A stretch of 35,696 nt of DNA, taken from positions 413,559 through 449,254 of the forward strand of contig KV454014.1 of assembly GCA_001661245.1 (NCBI GenBank). The letters run 5' to 3'. Positions within the stretch are counted from its first letter, which is position 1, and every line of letters begins with the position of its first letter. Positions 31,545 to 35,696 of this stretch are shown here, in pieces. A model generated the notes under the pieces. It was not told the origin of the DNA. It saw only the letters and a list, made by a program, of their open reading frames with translations, and searched no databases. Made by a program: the position numbers and the translations under genes. The stretch is from Pachysolen tannophilus NRRL Y-2460 (Eukaryota).

Positions 31545-33049
31545 ATGAACAATACTGCAAACAGAAACCCATTTGGCATTCGGTAAGTTCTCACTCTTTT
31601 TTTTTTTCATTTTGGCTCGAAACTATTGTCACTCCACGGGAACAATTATCTAACTAACATATAACTAGGTTGCCTTCAATTTCATCATTAACTCATGAAT
31701 CTAATATTAATATTCCAGAAGCAAATTCTTCTTTGCTTAGAAAATTTGATTCACTGAGCGAAAGAAGTTCCAAGAAAGTTGAGGATTCTTCTTATGTTAC
31801 TTGTGCAACTTCTTTAGTGGAATTGGCTCGATCGAATAATGGAGATGGGTTTAGGAAAAATTCCATTATTAAGAGAGAAGAAGATTCGGTTTCCAAGAGT
31901 CCAAGAGAAATCAAGTTTCATTCTTCTTCAACAGATTTAAAAGGAGTATATCATCATAACGAATCTACAGATCAAAGTGTTTCTTCTAATTCTACTCCAG
32001 GGATTCCTCCACTTTCATCCAAATTAACTTCATTTTCATCTTATTCATCACCAAATAATAGCAGCAGTAATAGTAGTGCTAGTGCTAGTGCTAATGCTAG
32101 TCATAATACAGAAATGGGTTATAATGAAAAGTTGTCTAATTCGGTACAAGCACCAAGATCGTTAGTAGCGGCTCCTCCTCCTCCACCACCTCCATCAACA
32201 CTGGTACAATCACCTTATATGATTTCTTATTCGAATAATGCTGCTCCAGCTGCTCCAACTCCAATGTCAACACAAGGGTATTTCCAACCGGTTAATCACC
32301 ACCACCCTCTTTACCCTGGTCAAATTCCTTCCTATCAAATTCCAGCGTCACAATTAAATGATTCTACAATTCCAAAGAGGTCTCAAGTATCAAGACAAAA
32401 TTTACAATGTCAAAGGTGTGGTACTGCAGAGACTCCTGAATGGAGAAGAGGTCCAAATGGTTCAAGAACTTTATGTAATGCTTGTGGGTTATATCATGCT
32501 AAATTGGTCAAGAGAAAAGGTCCAATAGCAGCAGCAGAAGAAATTAAATTTAAAAAGATAAAACCTACAAGAAATTCCAGAAAGAAAAATACAATTAGAA
32601 GAAGTATTGCTATTGGTAATTATCATTATGATCTTATACCACCACTGATCCATGGACCTCAACAACAACCACCAATAGCACCACCACCTCAACATTACCA
32701 TCAAAACGTTAACACTAACGCTAACGCATACCCGCCTCAACCTATATATAACAATGGTACTTCATATTATCAACCGTTACCACATATTCAACTAGCTCAA
32801 CATCAACATCAACCGCAACATCAACATCAACCACAACTTCAACATCATCAACTTCATCATCAATTTCAACATCAACACCAACATCAACATCAACATCCAG
32901 TGACATCGCCATCTAATATATCTCCGCCATCTGTAATGGTACAATTTCAAGTCTCACCAGTTCATTCTTCACTGGTTCAAGGCTTTTCCCAATCCCAACC
33001 ATACACAGTGGGATTTTCTAGACAAAACTTACCACAAACAAGTCCTTGA
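31545..33049 (+). CDS. BRG1: GATA zinc-finger transcription factor, Brg1/Gat2-like; exons 31545-31582 and 31669-33049 (472 aa)
   Basis: C-X2-C-X18-C-X2-C finger CQRCGTAETPEWRRGPNGSRTLCNACGLYHAKLVKRKG..AAEE resembles Candida Brg1. Splicing gives MNNTANRNPFGIRLPSISSL (LPSI motif). The track start at 31670 is TTG. Confidence 0.85.
31583..31668 (+). other. Spliceosomal intron in the GATA factor gene (86 nt)
   Basis: GTAAGT donor, TAACTAAC at 31651-31658 and TAG acceptor. The phase-2 join is in frame. Confidence 0.9.
32798..32897 (+). repeat. Coding (CAACAT)n-type repeat encoding a His/Gln tract
   Basis: QHQHQPQHQHQPQLQHHQLHHQFQHQHQHQHQH in the GATA factor C-terminus. Confidence 0.9.
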
Positions 33050-33090
33050 GAAATTTTTTTTTTTAAAAACCACATTTGATTTTCCCTTTC

Positions 33091-33120
33091 TACAAGATTC
33101 TACAAGACTTTACAAGATTT
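33091..33120 (+). repeat. Three tandem 10-bp units TACAAGAYTY
   Basis: tacaagattc tacaagactt tacaagattt, starting 42 nt after the GATA factor stop codon. Confidence 0.85.
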
Positions 33121-34520
33121 GCTTAATTTATATTCCACATTCTCTTTACAATAATACTTAAAAAGTTATATCTATTTATTTATTTTTTTTTTTTTTGTTG
33201 TTGTTGTCGTTGTTGTTGTTGTGTTTTCAATCTTCATTCAAACCTTTGCTTTTAAAGGCATGTATTTTTAGAAAATTCGTTTCATTTCATTCAAATATAT
33301 ATATTTTTATATATATATTATTGTTTATACACTTTTTATTTCGTTCTTATTTTTTTTTTTACTTTCTTACAAATTTTGGTGTGACAAGAACTTTTACTTT
33401 TATTCTTTTTCCTATGTGGTTTAAAAGCATATTCAATGAAGTTGTACAGTGTTAAAAAGAAAATAGAATTGTATATTTTCCCAATCGAGTTTAATGTGTA
33501 TCTTTACAATCACTTTGGTTTAGGGGTAATTCTAATTAGAAATGCCGATTCAAGATAAGAATAACCCAGTAATAGTAATTTCAGATTCCAGTTTAAGGTA
33601 CCTACATTCTCTTTCTTAAATTTGATGAAATCAATTTTTTTGTACTGCTAATTTTTCTAATTAGTACTAATTTAGTAAAGAATTTTTAAATTATTTTTAT
33701 TATTATTATATTTCAAATGTTAAGTTTAGATCCAAATTATAAGAAAAAGAAAATATAGACATAAAATTCATTAAAATTTTAATCTAATTAAGTTTATAAA
33801 AAATTTAGAAACTGATTGATTTTCAATTGCAACTACGTAGTACATTTGACGTATGGACTTTAGTTCCAAAACGTTCTAGTTCTAGCAGAAATCTTGATCT
33901 TAAATATTGTGGCATCTTACCTATAGGCCCATTCACTAGTACAAAATAAAATTTATATATATATATATATATATTATATTTAATTAATTAATTATAATAT
34001 AATATTGAAATTTCTTTAAAATTCTTTAAATTTCTTCCTTCTTACTCAGATGAAACATGTTCGCCGTTACGAAGATGAAAAAAAACCAACTTAGTTTACT
34101 TACTTATTTTCTTTATTATCTCTGCACGGTGAGTAAAAACTCACTCACATTGATGAATAACCGCATTTCAATAAGTTAGTAAATGCAGAAACGATATAGT
34201 TTAAATTACACACAGGTTTATACATTTAGTGAAATTATTCTTTTTTTTTTTCATTATTATAATATATTTTAATATTATATTCACTTGGTTAAAAATTAAA
34301 ACTTTTTTTTTTTATTTTATTTTATTTTATTCTTTATAAAATGTAAGTTGTAATAGTCACCCACATAACTTAGTTAACACTTATAATTCACTATTTAATG
34401 CTAAGTCTGCAAGTGCATAGAGCTGCAACCCATTTTGATAAGCTGCAAAAAAAAAATGCGGAAAATGCGAATAACGCAAAAAAAAAAAAAAAAAAGAAAA
34501 AAATTCACCGGAAACCAGTA

Positions 34521-34567
34521 AGTAGTAGTAGTAGTAGTAGTAGTGGCGGCGGCGGCGGCGGCGGCGG
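34521..34567 (+). repeat. Compound microsatellite (AGT)8(GGC)7GG
   Basis: Read directly from the sequence. Confidence 0.97.
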
Positions 34568-34645
34568 AAACTCTAACTAACTTTAGCTTTTATCTCCATG
34601 TTTTACGTCAAAGGTAAAGGGAGTCTTCCGACTTCCATATTGTTA

Positions 34646-34717
34646 GCCATCCTAGTATAGTGGTAAGTACACCTCGTTGTGGCCGAGGAAACCCAGGTTC
34701 GATTCCCGGGGATGGCA
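34646..34717 (+). tRNA. tRNA-His (GUG), intronless
   Basis: Acceptor stem GCCATCC/GGATGGC, A box TAGTATAGTGG, anticodon arm CCTCG-TTGTGGC-CGAGG (GTG at 34679-34681) and B box GGTTCGATTCC. G-1 is not encoded. Confidence 0.97.
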
Positions 34718-34718
34718 A

Positions 34719-34744
34719 TTTTTTAATTTTTTTTTTTTTTTTTT
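34719..34744 (+). terminator. RNA polymerase III oligo(dT) terminator
   Basis: T6 immediately after the tRNA, followed by a longer T run. Confidence 0.85.
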
Positions 34745-34864
34745 ATAACCCAGCCAAAAAAAAAAATCAGGCCTAAATTCTATCACATATATATAATATA
34801 TATTAATATTAATATCAATTGATTAATCACTTAATCAATCAAAGCGGTCTTGATTATATTGAAA

Positions 34865-34943
34865 ATGACAATCAATGAATTACCTGAACTTTGTACGTAT
34901 TAAACTTAAATACCATATATTAGTATATTTCATGCAAATATAC

Positions 34944-34975
<32 letters not shown>

Positions 34976-35234
34976 GTATATATACTAATAATAATATTTT
35001 TTTTATCAAGTGAGTCATGATGAAATGAAAAAAAATAAAATTCCATTGGCTTATCGTGATAGATGTGCCAAGTTGTTGGTCCCATTGAATAAATGTCGCC
35101 AGGAAGGATGGTACATGCCTTGGAATTGTGTTGAAGAAAGACATGATTATGAAAAATGTCAATATTTGGATTTTAAAAGACGAGTCAAACAATTGGAAGA
35201 GATTAAAGAAAAAAGGGATCTGGCATCTAGCTAA
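34865..35234 (+). CDS. NDUFB7: NADH:ubiquinone oxidoreductase accessory subunit B18/NB8M; exons 34865-34892 and 35011-35234 (83 aa)
   Basis: Spliced product MTINELPELLSHDEMKKNKIPLAYRDRCAKLLVPLNKCRQEGWYMPWNCVEERHDYEKCQYLDFKRRV has the twin CX9C motif and the NDUFB7 pattern. Confidence 0.95.
34893..35010 (+). other. Spliceosomal intron in NDUFB7 (118 nt)
   Basis: GTACGT donor, internal (TA)n tract, TACTAAT at 34983-34989 and AAG acceptor. The phase-1 join is in frame. Confidence 0.9.
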
Positions 35235-35256
35235 GGAAAACTACAAGCTAATCACT

Positions 35257-35257
35257 T

Positions 35258-35288
<31 letters not shown>
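35257..35288 (+). repeat. (TTTA)8 microsatellite in the NDUFB7 3' region
   Basis: Read directly from the sequence. Confidence 0.9.
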
Positions 35289-35696
35289 TTATTTAACTTA
35301 TTCGAAATTTACAAATGATGGAAAAGAAACAAAATTGGAGACGGTGCTTTTTCTTACCATCTGCATTTTCAATCTATATCCCATACTTCTGTAGTTTTTC
35401 TTCTTCCAACCTCTCTCACTGGTTCTGCTGTTGCTCCTGTTGTTGTTGGAGTAAAGGGAAAATAACACAGTCGTGCATTAAGACACAAAATCGAGGGTAA
35501 CATCTTTGTGTACATTTATTTTTATTATACAAAAAGGTAAACAAAACCCATTTTTCTATTAATTTATTAATTCATATTATGTTGATGATATAGTATTCTA
35601 GAGACCAAATATAGATTATTCTATTCATTTGTATATTAGACTAATAAGATACTTGTTTGCCGTTGCCGTTGCCTTTTTTTTTTTTTTTTTTTTTTT

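Noticed and set aside
34129..34144. Hairpin GTGAGT-AAAA-ACTCAC and nearby short palindromes
   Set aside because: 6-bp stems are expected by chance in 35 kb.
35320..35515. U4 snRNA, telomerase RNA or a small minus-strand ORF
   Set aside because: Only short chance matches (ACCGTCTCC, AATTTTG) without the expected order or core motifs. The ORFs are short and unrecognisable.
1..35696. CRISPR array, rRNA, prokaryotic defence or retroelement system
   Set aside because: The sequence is a eukaryotic gene-dense region with spliceosomal introns. No spaced direct-repeat array, rRNA, reverse transcriptase or transposase was seen.

Overview
AT-rich eukaryotic DNA from a budding yeast (Saccharomycotina). 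It encodes a respiratory complex I subunit, so it is not Saccharomycetaceae, and there are signs that CUG is not read as Leu (Ala favoured). Gene order: 5'-truncated USP-domain protein (+), PFA5 (+), AMD1 (-), RKR1/LTN1 (+), PRK1/ARK1-type kinase (+), CipB-like MDR oxidoreductase (-), YHK8-like DHA1 MFS transporter (-), assembly gap, DBP5 (-, 1 intron), MRP1 (+), PAL1 (-, spliced), a ~5.9 kb intergenic region containing a second gap, BRG1/GAT2-like GATA factor (+, 1 intron), tRNA-His(GUG), and NDUFB7 (+, 1 intron). Main points of interest: (1) the ORFs at 25207-25701 and 22975-24141 are two exons of one PAL1 gene, whose single 5' splice site faces two competing branchpoint/3' splice sites (full-length versus truncated isoform, possibly also an internal-start isoform); (2) the unrelated neighbouring oxidoreductase and MFS genes share a duplicated ~300 bp promoter, suggesting a co-regulated two-gene detoxification module; (3) probable CUG reassignment. 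I found no CRISPR array, rRNA or recognisable transposon. Many starts in the ORF track are TTG/GTG and were corrected. Homology calls come from my recall of family motifs, not from database searches.
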